Assembly (NCBI RefSeq): GCF_009914755.1
Contig: NC_060927.1
Length of the DNA: 64,000 nucleotides
DNA from: the human T2T-CHM13v2.0 reference genome, Homo sapiens
Strand: one strand, 5' to 3'
Part shown: piece by piece, positions 1 to 13,395 of the stretch
Layout of the letters: the number at the start of each line of letters is the position of its first letter
Position numbering within the stretch: the stretch's first letter is position 1
Program-made: the position numbers and the translations under genes
The notes under the pieces: model-generated
Database searches by the model: none
What the model saw: the letters and a program-made list of their open reading frames with translations, nothing else
What the model was told of the DNA's origin: nothing

Positions 1-303
1 GCACTCAGGATTCAATAGCCCCTGCCCTCATGGAGCTTTTATTCAAATAGGGGAGACAGACAATAAATAAGACAAAGAAGTAAAATATGCAGTATGGTAG
101 GTAATGATAAATACCAGAAAGAAAAACATAAAGGAGGAAAGGTGCATGCAAAGTGTTGGTGGGTAGTCAGGAAAGGCCTCACTGAGAAGGAGATTTTTGG
201 AAGTGAAAGAGTGAGTTATATGGATTTCTGTGGGAAGAGCTTTCAGAGCAGAAAACACAAGTGCAAAGACCCGGAGGGAGGGTGTGCCTGGCATGTTCAG
301 GAG
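1..303 (-). mobile_element. L2 LINE 3' fragment
   Basis: Typical antisense L2 motifs: cctgccctcatggagctt...ggggagacagacaataaa, gtcaggaaaggcctcactgagaagg, aagtgcaaagaccc. Confidence 0.75.
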
Positions 304-1010
304 TCCCTACTCTGGCCCACCAGGCCCTGGAGGATCTGGTCTTTGGCCTCTATGACCTCTTCTCCTCCCACTCCCTACATCTCTCTCTCCACACCACCCC
401 ACTGACCTCCTACAGGTGACCTCCTACAGGTGGGAAAGAGTATACCACCTGGACCTCTTGTCTTCTCCTTTCACCAGAAGGCCTGCAAGGTGGACAGCAG
501 GCCCTCCTGACCTAGCCCTTCGTTGCATGGGGCTTGAGCTTTCTCTTGCCCCTGAAGCCTCAGAATGGGGCCACTTCTGGAAGGACAAATGGCAGTGTCC
601 TTCAGTGCAGTGTTTTTAGCAGAAAGTTGTCCATGGTGGAAAGGATGGAGGAAGCTGCCTTATAGTCAGTAGGAACATAGTTCAGGTTCAAAACAAGGAC
701 AGCAGATATGGAGGAAAGGGAGGGGGAGGCTCAAGGTGTCTCAAAAGACCATCACTAGGAGACTACCCCACTGGCATCCTCTTGAAGTGAGATGAGACTG
801 GCCTACCCTGAGATTACCTCAGCTGGATGTTCTGGCTCCAGTTCTTTCAAAAACTTGCCCCAGTCTTCCCATCTGTAACTCTGAAGTCATTAGTTCCAAG
901 GCTTTCCTGGAGATGTGTTATAAAGTACTGCCAGCCCTGCAAAGGTTTGCTACCTTAAAAAAAATCATTTTCTATAGAATTGCTATTCAAATATAGAAAA
1001 ACAGAATGGC

Positions 1011-1159
<149 letters not shown>

Positions 1160-1961
1160 TTAATCAGAACAATGCTAATGTATTCTCCTCTCAGTGCTTC
1201 TAAAGCTTTAGATCATGGCTGCTTCTCAGGCTGATTATGGGTTCAAATAACAAAGGGATTTAGCAGGCAGACAACTCTTTCTAGCTATCAGATTGAGGAA
1301 GCTGGAACTAGGAATGAACTTTGTTAAAAAAGTTTATAATCTTTATTCCTTTATGTGGGAGTTTTAATACAGGTTAGTTTGGGCAAGATGACTTGAATAA
1401 AGAAAACAAGCTCTGTCCTCCCTGACTCCTCACACTGTCAGCTCCTTGGGGCCTCAGCCTGAGAACTGAGCAGGATTGCCTATCACCCACCACTGTCCTG
1501 GGCGACACCCACTCTTCATGGTGTCACCTCAGGGCCCAAAGCCCCCAGAGCTGGGACTTGACTACCCACTTCTCCTGCCCAGTGGGTAGAAGCAAGGAAG
1601 GTCTTGCAAAAATAAAAGCTGTGGCCATCAAGTAGAGGGGCGGGGGAGGAGGTGTGCGAGCAAGGCTGGAGGACAGCCGCCGCACCCCACCCCGCCATGG
1701 GTTATCAGTTGTTGCATTCCCTTGGAGAACAATTTACGACTGAGGAGGCAGGTCCCAGAGGCTTCAGCAGAAATCAAAAGGCAGCAGCAGTTATTACCTC
1801 GTCTGCTCCTCACATCTCTCCTCTCCATCTCCCAGCTTTTTTTAATATAAGGGTCTGCTGTTGTGGCCTCGAGAAGCCCCTGTCTATTCTCATACTCATC
1901 ATCTCTCGTAGAACAAAGTGACAGTCAAGGGCAGTGCAACGGGGGACTTGGTGGTTTCCTA

Positions 1962-2140
1962 ACAGTGAATCATAGTAATAGTGAGCCACTCAGTGCCAGC
2001 CACAGGGCTAAATTGTTCCATGTGTATTATCTCGGTCAGTTGGTCATTATTGTCCCCATTTTATTAAGAAGAAAACTGAGGATGAGACTACATTGTAAGT
2101 GGTGGAGTCGGATTTTAAGCTCCAGGTGCAAGTACTTAAA
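1962..2140 (-). mobile_element. MIR SINE
   Basis: tgtccccattttattaagaagaaaactgagg core and gtaagtggtggagtcggattt. Confidence 0.7.
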
Positions 2141-2323
2141 ACACTCCCCTCTGCTGCCCACTACGGCTGCAGGCTTCCTGCACACTCCAAGCTGTCTGCA
2201 ACAGGGTTGTCCTGTGCACTGTGTAGGGGCCACTGTGCTATTTAAAGACAGAACTGAGGCTCTTTTTGAGTACTTAGCTGCTAATTAAGTGTTGACGAGT
2301 CTCTGTTTCTCCTTTAGCTCTTT

Positions 2324-2481
2324 GTGTTTCAAGCACAGCCTCTTGTCCAGCAGCATGGACACTGCCTGGAAGCTTATTAGAACTGCAGACTCCTGGATCC
2401 ACCCACCCCAGGCCTGCTAGATCAGAATCTGCATTTTAACAAGGTCCTCCTTGGTCCAGTGTACCATTTGAGAAGCTCTAG
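2324..2481 (+). mobile_element. MER5A1-like hAT-Charlie MITE
   Basis: ccagcagcat...cttattagaactgcaga...ccccaggcctgctagatcagaatctgcattttaacaag...ttgagaagc. Confidence 0.75.
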
Positions 2482-3864
2482 AGGTGTTTTTGCTATACAA
2501 AAGCTAGTTCAAGGGCTTCTTTCAGAATGGGGGCTGGGGCAGATGCAATACCTAGAAGTCCCATGCTGGTGTGTCCCTGTTGTCAGAAACAACGATTTCC
2601 CTGCAAGGGATGGGGAAAGCCAAACCCAGTTTTAGTATCTGTTTCCAGGGCAATGAACAAAATAGCCCAAAGAAATACTCTCAGCAGCTCTCTGAGTTAG
2701 GCAGATCTGCCAGTGTGCAAACGCTAGATGGCAATGGATGGCCAGGCACGAGCGGGAAGCAGGCATAGCTCTGTCACTGTCAAGGGGCAAGACAAAATGA
2801 TAAAGGCAAGGTGCCGGGGGAGGAAGTGCGCTTGAGCACAGTTGGGTTGTGAAGGGAGATTGTTGGGATAATATTAAAGAAACTGAGACTTCACCAGCAA
2901 GTCTGGGAAGGTTTTTTTGTGGAGTGAGAGATTTGGGCAAGAGTGATTGCTTCTTTTTTGCCTCTAGCTATGTTAAACACACCAGTCTCCCCACAGGGGA
3001 GGGATGTCAGCAGCTGGTATGGTGAAGCTGAGGGAATTAAGCATGGGTCAAAAGTTCCTAATCTACTCCCTGAGGTCAGGGAGGCAGTGGCAGGCATTCT
3101 GCAACATTGGTTAGTGAAAGCTGGCCTGAGGGAATGAGCACATCCTTTCCCACCACGCCCTGTGCTGGCATGATATGCCCACATGCTGCCCCGGTGCTCG
3201 TGGGTAACACCCTCATGCCTCTTAAAGACTTGGAGGTGAAGTGCTTGGATCACAGTCCTCTTGTGTCCAGCTGTTTGGCTGAATCTGGGGTGGAAAAAAA
3301 AAAGCAGAATTATCCTGGCTCCTAAATTTCTCTTTTCTTCACCCTCCACAGATTCCCTGGGACTAACTTGTAGGGTGGAGCCCTGTTGCACTCATATTGG
3401 AGAGGCTGGAGTCCATCTTTGGACTTGAGGGACTTGGCTTCTAAGAAAACAAGGCAAAGGGAAGTTTTGTGAAATTCCCCAAATTGTAGGGTCACCTTAT
3501 AGAGCTGGCCTCTTTTATTCTATGGTGGTTGGTTCCGGTAGGACCCTCTCATTTGGTCAGTGGAGCCAAAAGTTGAAGAATTTTGTTGGACAGTCGTTGA
3601 AGAAAAAGCCATGTTTTCTTGACTTGTTGGTGAGAGTGCTGCCTGAAATATCTTGGAGTCATGACAGGTGGGTAGAGACACATTATTCTTAGAGATTTCA
3701 GTGTTTAAGTTCAGGATCTGGACTTTTGCAAGTTATTCTCTTTCTCTAAGCTGAATTTAGGCTTGGCTGGACAGCTGACCAGTGCAGAAGTCTACAAGCC
3801 TATAGGTAATAGGGTTCAGAATTATAGGATGGATGCTAGAAATTATTCTGTCTCTCTCTTGCCT

Positions 3865-3990
3865 TGTTCAGATGGGAAAACTGAGGCCCAGAGAATTCCA
3901 TTTGGTTTATTTCAGCAAAACATAGGCAAGTGCCCACTCTGGGCCAATCCCTGTGCTGGAGATCTAGGTTATAACGAAGAGTATGAGACA
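3865..3990 (-). mobile_element. MIR core plus L2 3' end fragments
   Basis: cagatgggaaaactgaggcccagaga followed by ttcagcaaaacata...gtgcccactctgggcca...ctgtgctgga. Confidence 0.5.
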
Positions 3991-4115
3991 CAGTACCTAT
4001 TAGTATATGGATTAGTGATCAGCTTATCCATCTAGCTTATGATTCAACTTGTAAGCCCAGGTCACCTGGCTGGCCTGCTGGTGAGTGATGAACACAGGCA
4101 TAGACTATGGAAGGA

Positions 4116-4203
4116 TTCATTCCTTCTTTCTTCTCTCCCTCCCTCCCTCCTTCCCTCTCTCCCTGCCTTCCCTCTTTCCTTCCTTTCTTCATTTTTTTTT
4201 TTT
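4116..4203. repeat. CT-rich simple repeat
   Basis: Degenerate (CCTT/CCCT)n run ending in poly-T. Confidence 0.85.
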
Positions 4204-5554
4204 AATTCTGATGATATTTTAAACCTTGAGGGCTTTGCATTTACCGGGTGGAAATGAGTAAGCAGCAATATTAGTGATTCCAAGGACATGTTTGATCACT
4301 TTTGTCCTTCCCCAAAGGCCTTGATACAAGACATAGTGCTTTTAGACCTGAGGAAGCAAATTTATTTATTTTTTAATTTATGGGAACTTGCTTTAACTTC
4401 TAAGAGGGGGAAAAAACCAAGCTAGTACACTTAAAGGCTTTTTTTTCTTTTCTTTCTTTCTTTCTTTTTTTTTTTTGCTTGAGGAAATACACCTTCTGCG
4501 ATAGATAAACTCAAAAATACACCCAGGAAGATGCTGTCCAAACTGCAACCCAACCACAATTTACAGTGGGCTGCCCTCATTCTCCAAGTTCTATTTCTTT
4601 TCTTTTAGGGTGTATTACTTGAGTAGGTTTTGTAGGTAGAAAGAAATGGTGAATTAAAAATAAAGATGTTACCATCTTTTCTGGAAAATTGCTAGTGAAT
4701 GGCTGCATCTATTACACAGTGGTATGCAATGATATGAATATCTCAGGTAAATAGACCCCCAGCCCTCCTCACTATTGTGAAATCTGGTAAAGGCTACTGT
4801 TTGGGCTTCTGTGTCTGTGCTGACCAACAGGAAGAATTAGGGGCCTAAACATCAGGCACTTGAAGTTTGCATATAATTGAGCTTCCGGACCTCTAAAAAT
4901 CTTACATTTTATTCACAAACACAGGCATCTGCTACTAATTAAAGTATCAGGGTATAATTATACCCTTTCTTATTAGTAGATATGGAATCTGACAGTTGCT
5001 TAGATACAAAATAAGCAAGTGCAGATTGCGTTCTGCATGCTCTTCACAGGCTAGGGAGACAGAACAACAGAATTTTCAAATGCTCTGTGTAAATGAGTCT
5101 TGTTGCCCAGAAAATGTGAAGTTCTGAATTATCATTGGTAAATTTGCCTAGGAACAGATGTTAATCCCATCACAACTCTGTGATTTGAGCTTTAATATCA
5201 TTCAATTCTTTCCCTTGCCCGGTCCCCTCACCCCTGCACTGCACCCTAACCACAAAACAAAAAGCACGAGTCTTTCCAAGATACACACAGTTAAGGCCTA
5301 TCATCTAACAGCATTGCAGGGAGAAAGCAGTTGTGGCTTCCTCAGGAAATTCTAGAGCCTGAAGAAACTGTCTAGAATGGCAGGGCTGTGTTGTGGCTGG
5401 CTTAGCCATTGGGTTTGTCCAAGGTCCACTTTGGGCTCAGTGGTGTGGATTCTGTGTCCAGGGAGCCTTGTGGTCATTTTAAGATATCCTCTCCCCAGTG
5501 CCCAGCTATGTCTTCACATCATATAATCAGAGAAGTTCCCTGCTAACCCATCCG

Positions 5555-5667
5555 CTCCAGGAACTTGGGGACCAGGCCTTTTTTTGGTCACCTGGTATAT
5601 CACCAGTGTCTAGTTTGTTGCTTGGCCCTTAGAAGGTGCTTAGTAACTACTTACTGAAAGAATGGAT
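5555..5667 (+). mobile_element. L2 3' end
   Basis: gtatatcaccagtgtctag...tagaaggtgcttagtaactacttactgaaagaatgga. Confidence 0.55.
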
Positions 5668-5761
5668 TCTGTTGAGCCCTTACATGCATATAACCCTGGG
5701 AAAGGTGACACTTTCAACCTCAGTAGTCATTTACTCCTCAGATTGTGTGAATTGATTAGAT

Positions 5762-6096
5762 CAGGAGTTGGCAGGCTATAGCCCCAAGGCCAAATTCTGC
5801 CTGCCAGCCTGAATCTGTGTGACCTGTGAGCTAAGAATAATTTTTACATTTCTAAATGGTTGGAAAAAAAAGCAAAAGATTTCATGATACACCAAAATTA
5901 TATGGAATTCAGATTTTTGTATCCATAAATAAAGTTTTATCAGAACACATCTATGGCCACTTATTTACGTTTTGTCTATGGCTAATTTTGCATTATAGTG
6001 GCAGAATTCAGTAGTTGGCAACAGAGACCATGTGGCCTGTGAGGCCTCCAATTGTTACTATTTGGCATTTAACAGAAAAACGTTTGATAGTCCCTG
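5762..6096 (+). mobile_element. MER58B hAT-Charlie element, full length
   Basis: Termini caggagttggca...gatagtccctg; internal gagctaagaataatttttacatt and ccataaataaagttttat; degenerate 8-bp TSD gattagat/gattaatt. Confidence 0.85.
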
Positions 6097-7229
6097 GATT
6101 AATTCGATCATTCCTCAGGGTTAGCTTTTGATGTTGGAGGAATGGGATGGAGGAGGGAGAGGATACAGGGGTGAATCACAGGGCAGGCTAGCTAGGAGGC
6201 GAGAACAGCCAGCAGTCTGGATGAGCACTTCAGCCCTCATCACACTTGTGCCAGCCCTGGCCCTTCCACTGTGGAAGTTTCCAGTTTCTCATTGTCATTC
6301 TGATGAATGCCCTCAAGGAACGCAGCCATGATCATTTCTCAGACTGCTGCACTGTTTGGATGCAAAGGACTGTATCTTTTTGTTGTTTCTTGATTGTTGT
6401 AAATTCTTAGTTCAGAATGCTCTTTCTTTGTCAAAGACATAAAATTTTGCTTCTCAGACAGTGTTTGGGTAATAAATCTGTATGTGTGAATGAGCGTGAG
6501 CTGGAGCTTGTCTTTGGAAAGCAAATGTCTTTAGTCTTTAGCCACCCAGCAGGCACCCCGAACAGCTGCCTCACATCTTAGCTTCCAGGACGGTGTTGAC
6601 CCCCACTGGCTGGGTACCACAAGTTTTCTGTTTCTGAGCTCTTAGCCAGGGTGGAGCCCTACCCTTCCAGAGATGTGCCTTTGTGCTTAAGCTGGCAAGA
6701 ATGCAATCAGCCTAGTTAAAATTTTGATAATCCACTTGATCCATCCCAGTTATAGGCTCAAATCCCAGGAGGCATCTTATAGACCTGAGCCTTATTTCTC
6801 TGGAGTTTATAGGAGACCTTCCAGAGCATATAGCATCATACTGTTTTCTTATTAGCCACCTAAATTCTGAATTAGAGTCTAATTTTCTCCAAACCCTACT
6901 CGTCTCTGTGCTGGTCCCAGCCTCTGGGTGCCTGGAGACCTGACTCATTTATATCTGTAAAAAATGCCCAGTGTCTTTTGATGGTATATTTAATGGATTA
7001 GGGGATAGGTTTGCTTTCTGAGTGACAATGATTAACACCAGCATTGTTTACCTTAAGTAGACCTGGGTTTTGAAAATCAAAAACAATAAGCAGATTTTCA
7101 TGCCTTTTTCAAGAGTTGACTAACAGGCTTCCTGTGGGGGCACTAGCTAGCTGTCTGATCTGAAAGGGTTTATTTTTAAAAGTAATATAGGAAATGGTTT
7201 GTGGAAAGAAAATGCAAATTTCTACTTTC

Positions 7230-7480
7230 TAAATAATACTTACCATTTGTTGCATCTCTTATGTGCCAGATACTTCTCTAGGTATTCCGTATATATTTTC
7301 TCTAATCCTTACCCAAATCTTACAGGATAAATGTTATCTCCATTTTACAGAGGCGGAAACTGTAACTGAAATAGGATGGATGGGTTGCCTGAGATTCCAC
7401 AGACAGGAAATGGCATAACTCAAACTCAAACCCTTGTAGGTGTGACTTGGAGGTCTTGGGTGTAACATCACATTATACTG
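7230..7480 (-). mobile_element. MIR SINE
   Basis: cttatgtgccagatact...ctccattttacagaggcggaaactg. Confidence 0.75.
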
Positions 7481-7607
7481 CCCCTCTGGACTGACACTTC
7501 AGCTATCTCACACTTTAAGGACAGGTAGAACTTTAGAAAGAACCGAAACGCAAAGAAGTTGACAAATGAGATATGTGACCCAGCCAACATGTGGTTATTC
7601 ATCTTAA

Positions 7608-7968
<361 letters not shown>

Positions 7969-8125
7969 CAAAGCCCCATGTTTTCTTTAGCTAAAAGTTT
8001 CCATCTCCTTCCTTACTAGACATTAAGAATAAAAAAGTTCAAAACAATTTAGTTAAAATTTGTCTATTTATCGTTTAATGGGTTCAAAATCCAACAGAGA
8101 TAAGAAAGCATATAAAGAAAAAAGA

Positions 8126-8258
8126 CGAATGTTCGAGGTGATGGATATCCCAGTTACCCTGATTTGATCATGACACATTGTATACATGTATCAAAATATC
8201 ACATGTACCCACCCAATATATACAACTCTTACAGACCAATAAAAAATTTAAAAAGTAA
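8126..8258 (+). mobile_element. L1 (L1MA/L1PB-type) 3' end
   Basis: gaggtgatggatatcccagttaccctgatttgatcatgacacattgtatacatgtatcaaaatatcacatgtaccc...aataaaaa. Confidence 0.8.
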
Positions 8259-8311
8259 AAAGCCCAGCTCCCACCCCTGGGATGGTTCTCTTAGGCCTTT
8301 TTGTAGGCCTA

Positions 8312-8640
8312 TGTCAATATGATGGATAGCAAAAATGGTCAAAGTTTCTCTCCTTCCACTACCTATCCCTCTTTTCTCTGTGACTTTGAAGCTGCTTCTG
8401 TCAAGAAGTGGAGTCTGCTTCCCCATCCCTTGAATCTGGGCTGGCCCTGTGACCAGCTCTGTTCAGTGGAATGTGGCAGCAGTGACTAAGTGCCAGTTCC
8501 CATCCTAGGTCTTATGCGCTTGCTTTCTTTTTCTCAGAAACTTGCTGAGCTACCTACTACCGTGTAGGCAGGCCCAGGCTAGGCTTCTGGAGGATGAGAG
8601 ACTACATGGAGCTGATGAATTGCCTTAGCAAGTACAGAAG
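8312..8640 (+). mobile_element. MLT1 (ERVL-MaLR) LTR, partial
   Basis: tcaagaagtggagtctgcttccccatcccttgaatctgggctggccctgtgac...aatgtggcagcagtgac. Confidence 0.75.
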
Positions 8641-9317
8641 CCCTGAGGACAAAGGATGTTTTATGTTTGTGACTTGAGCAGCTAGGAGGTCAGGGTGAAC
8701 TGAGTGTTGAGATATGATGTAGCTATTAACCCTGTAAGCCAAAATGAGGACTTCAAGTTTTACTCTAAGTGTGTGATAGCAATGAATGAACAAATGGGCA
8801 AATAAAAAAATGAATGCAGGAGTGAATGATACCAGCAGGTGAAAAGAGCAGCCATTGCTTGACATGTACAACTCATCTAGGATTTGAAACTCAGAGAAGA
8901 TCCAATCCCATACTGCTCAGTGACAGGATCACAATGAACATGGTTGGTGAAATTAAAGAGACCAATCTGTGGGTACCATGTAACTTAATCTCTGTTGGTT
9001 TCTTTCATCATTTGGAATCCTTGGTGGACATTAGATGAGTCTTGGTATTGATTATTGATTTCTGATACCCACACTGAAGTTTCAACCACAGTGAAGTGGT
9101 GGTTATCAGCAAAGAAATAAAAACAAATGGGAGGCCTTTCACCACGGGGCTTCTTGGGCTGGTGTGGAAGAAAACTCAGAGAAATAATTATCAGTCCCAG
9201 GTTGAAATCTCTGCTGGCCCACTCCATAATATTTTTTCTTTTCCTTAACAAAATGAAAGAGATTTCTGATGTCATTGGACTTTGATAATATGAAGGTATC
9301 TGCCATGCTGGAAAATG

Positions 9318-9830
9318 AATCAGGTAGCTTTTGCTGCATAACAAGCCACTTCAACACTTGGTGGCTCTTGATTCTGTGGGTTGGCATGGTTCTCCTGACC
9401 TGGCATGGCTGGAATGATGGCCTTCCAGATGGGCTTTCACTGAGTCTGTGGGCAGTTAGTGGATTGGCTTGTGACCAGTCCAGGATGACCTCACTTGCAT
9501 GGGCTGGTGGTTGGCCGGCTGTCAGCTGGGACACTTCCGCTCTCCTCCATATGGACTCTCATCCTCCAGGAGGTTAGCTGGACCCATTTACATGGTGGTT
9601 GTGTTTGCATGGTTCCTTGAGCAGTAAGAGAGAGGGCAAGTCCCAGGGTACAATTGCTTTTCTAGCCTCCAGTTATCTTGTACTTATTGTTAACATCTCA
9701 TTGGTGAAAGCAAATCTCATGATGAGTCCAGATTCAAAGTGTGGGTAAATAGACTCTACCTTTTGATGGGAGAAGTTGTGAAGTCACATAGCAAAGAATT
9801 TTTGACTATTTTTTCATATAGTCTGTCACA
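9318..9830 (-). mobile_element. MLT1 (J/K-like) LTR
   Basis: ttgctgcataacaagccact...gattctgtgggttgg...tctcattggtgaaagcaa...tttgatgggagaag...gtctgtcaca. Confidence 0.75.
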
Positions 9831-10254
9831 GTGTATGAGAGTGTATCTTTTTTTTTTTTTTTTAACTCAAACACTTTCAAGACACTACATTAAAAAAAAA
9901 CTTGTTTAATTTCTTTCAGGCCGGGGACTTATGCTAATTCAAGTAGCTGACATAAATCTTTATGATTTTATCTATGCATATTGTATTCAATTGAAGTTAC
10001 AGGTAGATATTTTTGGAAATAACTTTACTTGGAAAGTGTGATGACATATGAGGATCTTCTATAAGTTGCCTAATAGTTTTCCCATCCTTTTAACATTCTT
10101 AACAGAATGTTATTCACCTAAGGATAAGAATTCTATCATTAGTTAGACTCATATTTATATTTCAGTTTCAGGCAATTTCTATGATGCAAAACTAGGTCCC
10201 TCCTTGAGAGGTGAGGGTGCTTGCTATTCAAAGTTAGGAAGAGAACATGATGTC

Positions 10255-10395
10255 TGGTGAGACAGCGCCATACATATTCCTATAAGAAAATGTACTTTCT
10301 AGTTCTAGCCTATTGTAAAACAGATGCATGACCTTGTGAAAGTCATTTAACTTATCTGGGTTTCAATTTCTTTATCTACACATGAGAATTTTCCT
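10255..10395 (+). mobile_element. MIR fragment
   Basis: atgaccttgtgaaagtcatttaacttatctgggtttcaatttctttatct. Confidence 0.6.
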
Positions 10396-10584
10396 TTTTG
10401 TGTTCAAGTCTATGATGGTTCCTCTGGGCTTCCTGGAGAGGATCTCTTCTGTCTGGGAGGGATACTACCACCTCCAGAACCACCCAGAAATTGGCTCCTT
10501 CCACTTGGGATTCTGGATAATATAGATTTCTATAAAGGGTTTCAAAAGTAAAAAAAAAAATAGCTGGATTGAACTACATTCTTT

Positions 10585-10882
<298 letters not shown>

Positions 10883-12094
10883 TGAACCACATTCTTTAAA
10901 AGGCAGGAGATGGAAGTGCCAGAACCTTACTGGACATGAGGAACTCCACTTGGGATGGGGAGGACTTGACAGAGGCCTCCTATCCCCTTGAGGGCCAGTG
11001 GTAGTAGAGTCTTCTCTGGGGCAAGCACAGGGGAAGGGACACCTGCAGCCTTGATCTTTCAACTGTTCTTTCACCCAGGGATGTTCTGCCCTTGGCGAGA
11101 AGGCACAGGCAGGAGCAGGGACTATGGAAGAGACTGCAGCCATCCATTTGATGACCTCTGTAGGGGTTCCTCAAACGAACCATTTGTGTGGCTGGCACCA
11201 AGGGAGGCTGACACATGAGCCAGCCCCTCAGCTGGGTGATAGCCCTGACCACCGCCACTCCCATGCCGCCTGGTCTTGGAAGTTTGCTGTACACTCTACT
11301 TCTCATTAGTTTGACTTTGAGGGCTGTTTGCTTTTCTCTTTGGGTCTATTGGCCTGTGAATACCTGAAGGACATTTGACTTGCCTTACTTTTTGTTTTTG
11401 GCATGAGGTCCTGGGCCAGACCCTACCTTCCTCCTTTTCTAGAAACCACTGGATCAGGAAGAAAAGTGCTCCCCTGGGCCTTTCTGTTGACAGTTAGGCT
11501 CAAATTATGGGAGTAAAAAATTAAATGTGTCGAGGGTTCAGAAGGTTGCAGAAATGTTTCATGCTGTCAGGTATGGTGGGGCATTGGATGAAATGGAGAT
11601 GGCATGTTCCAGCTAAAGACTGTGAAGCCCAGTTTTGGAAAACACCATGAACAAAATGCTTTTGGTTGGGTCAACAGGCTACCTCTCTGAGTACCTCAAG
11701 AGTTAGAATGAGCTTCACATGGAGCCAGCCTGCCTTGTTGGAAGATGCAACCATTAGCTTTTTACCCCAGCAGCCTCATGCCAGATTCGTGACTGGGTTC
11801 CTCAACCACCTTCTCATTCTCCTTGGGATGGAGCTTTTGATTTTCTGCTTCCTACCTTGAGTGGTTCTCAGGGATAACCCTTCAAGCAAATCTCCCTCCT
11901 GGGTGCTGGGCCTGACTGGCTCCACTTCTGGATGATGGGTTGAGTCAGATGCTGAGACACAGGGAGGATTTGACATTCAATGATACCACATTTTACCTGC
12001 AGGAACGGAGCATCTTCCTTCCTGGGGTGCAGAGGTGCTTCCTCCCTTCCTTGGCCTCATTTTGAACTTTTTTCTCAGTAAGCTGAAGGAAATT

Positions 12095-12285
12095 AGAGCA
12101 GATGAGGGCATTGGCAGTGGAAACGGAGAGTTGGGATGGGTGTGAGAGATATTTAGGAATTAAAATGGACTGTATTGGATGTGGGGTAGTGGAGAAGGTA
12201 GCATCTGGGTGAGTGTCCAGGTTTGTTTTCAGATTGCTGATGGTGCCACTCCATGAGATGGGGACTGATATAAAAGAAGTGGATG
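12095..12285 (-). mobile_element. L2 fragment
   Basis: ggcagtggaaacggagag...gagagatatttagga...ttggatgtgggg...tggtgccactccatgagatgggga. Confidence 0.65.
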
Positions 12286-13237
12286 GCCACTATTGCCTTA
12301 AGTGACTGTCCATAAGAGTTACCCACTTTGGTGCATTGTTTCCTCAAGAATCACTACCAAGGTCCCCCTCAAATGGTTCTTGACAGGAGCACATAGGGAA
12401 GGCCAGTAGCTCTAAGTATTCACAAAGAGCAAATAATTTGCAGCTTCAAAGCACACCCCCTGGAATACCAAGGCTGGCTGCCTTCCACAATCCCGGGATG
12501 TTGAGCCCAAATCATTGCGACATTGTTGATGTGAACATATAAAGAACAAATTAACCTGCTTTGGAATGAATGATTAGATTCTGCTCAGACTTGACTGCTT
12601 ATGTTTCCTGCAAACTCAATTTAGTGTTGGTCTGAGAGTGCATTGCTCTGCAGCACCAATTTTCCCTAATGGCCAACGTGAAGTGGGTAGGTGAAACCCC
12701 TCAGGCTCCAGGAGTAGGGTAGTGATGATGCATGTGTGCCAACCCCAAATCTGAGAACCTGAATCTAGCTTGGCCCTCACCAGCCTACCTAGTCAGTCAG
12801 TGGCAGATAGAAATCCTGATTCCAGGTACTTGTGCCCTTCAGTTCGGGAAGGCATCTTTCCTGATGCAAGATCTGGCAAAAAGCCCAGCATCTTCATCTC
12901 CTATGGCTACCAGTGCATTGGGCTGCATGTTTCAGAGCTGGCTGGTTTGTGTGGAGGAGATTATCAGTGCAGAAAGAATAGACTTGGGCCCTGGCAGAGA
13001 GAGAGGGAAGGAGAGGGAGAGAGAGGATCCACATAGACACAGCCCCTCTCCCCACATAAAGAAATTACTGCCGAGAAATGAGTTATTTTTAGATAAATGT
13101 GTATTTTTGGAGTATATCCTTTAAAGTGCCTTCATATTTTAGTGGGATTGTTTTTGAAATAAATAGTTTCAAAATGTATGATGTGATTTCTACCCTTTTA
13201 AAGCAGAGTGCCCTAAAATCAATTCAGCCTTGAAATA

Positions 13238-13395
13238 TCTTTTTATAATTATGAAAAATTTCAAGCATATACAAAAGTGAGAGCGTCATGTGATAAACCC
13301 CATGTACCCAACAGCCAGCCTCAACAATTCATAGCCAACTTTGACCAACCTTATTCCATCTATATTTCCCACTCCCCTCCTCTTCCATAGATTAT
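13238..13395 (-). mobile_element. L1M (ME/MC-type) 3' fragment
   Basis: ttatgaaaaatttcaagcatatacaaaagt...aaaccccatgtaccca...cagcctcaacaat. Confidence 0.65.

Noticed and set aside
2891-3391. 166-aa minus-strand ORF
   Set aside because: No ATG start, no homology recognised, no supporting splice structure.
10242-10256. Glucocorticoid/androgen response element-like agaacatgatgtctg
   Set aside because: The second half-site mismatches at a key position; expected by chance.
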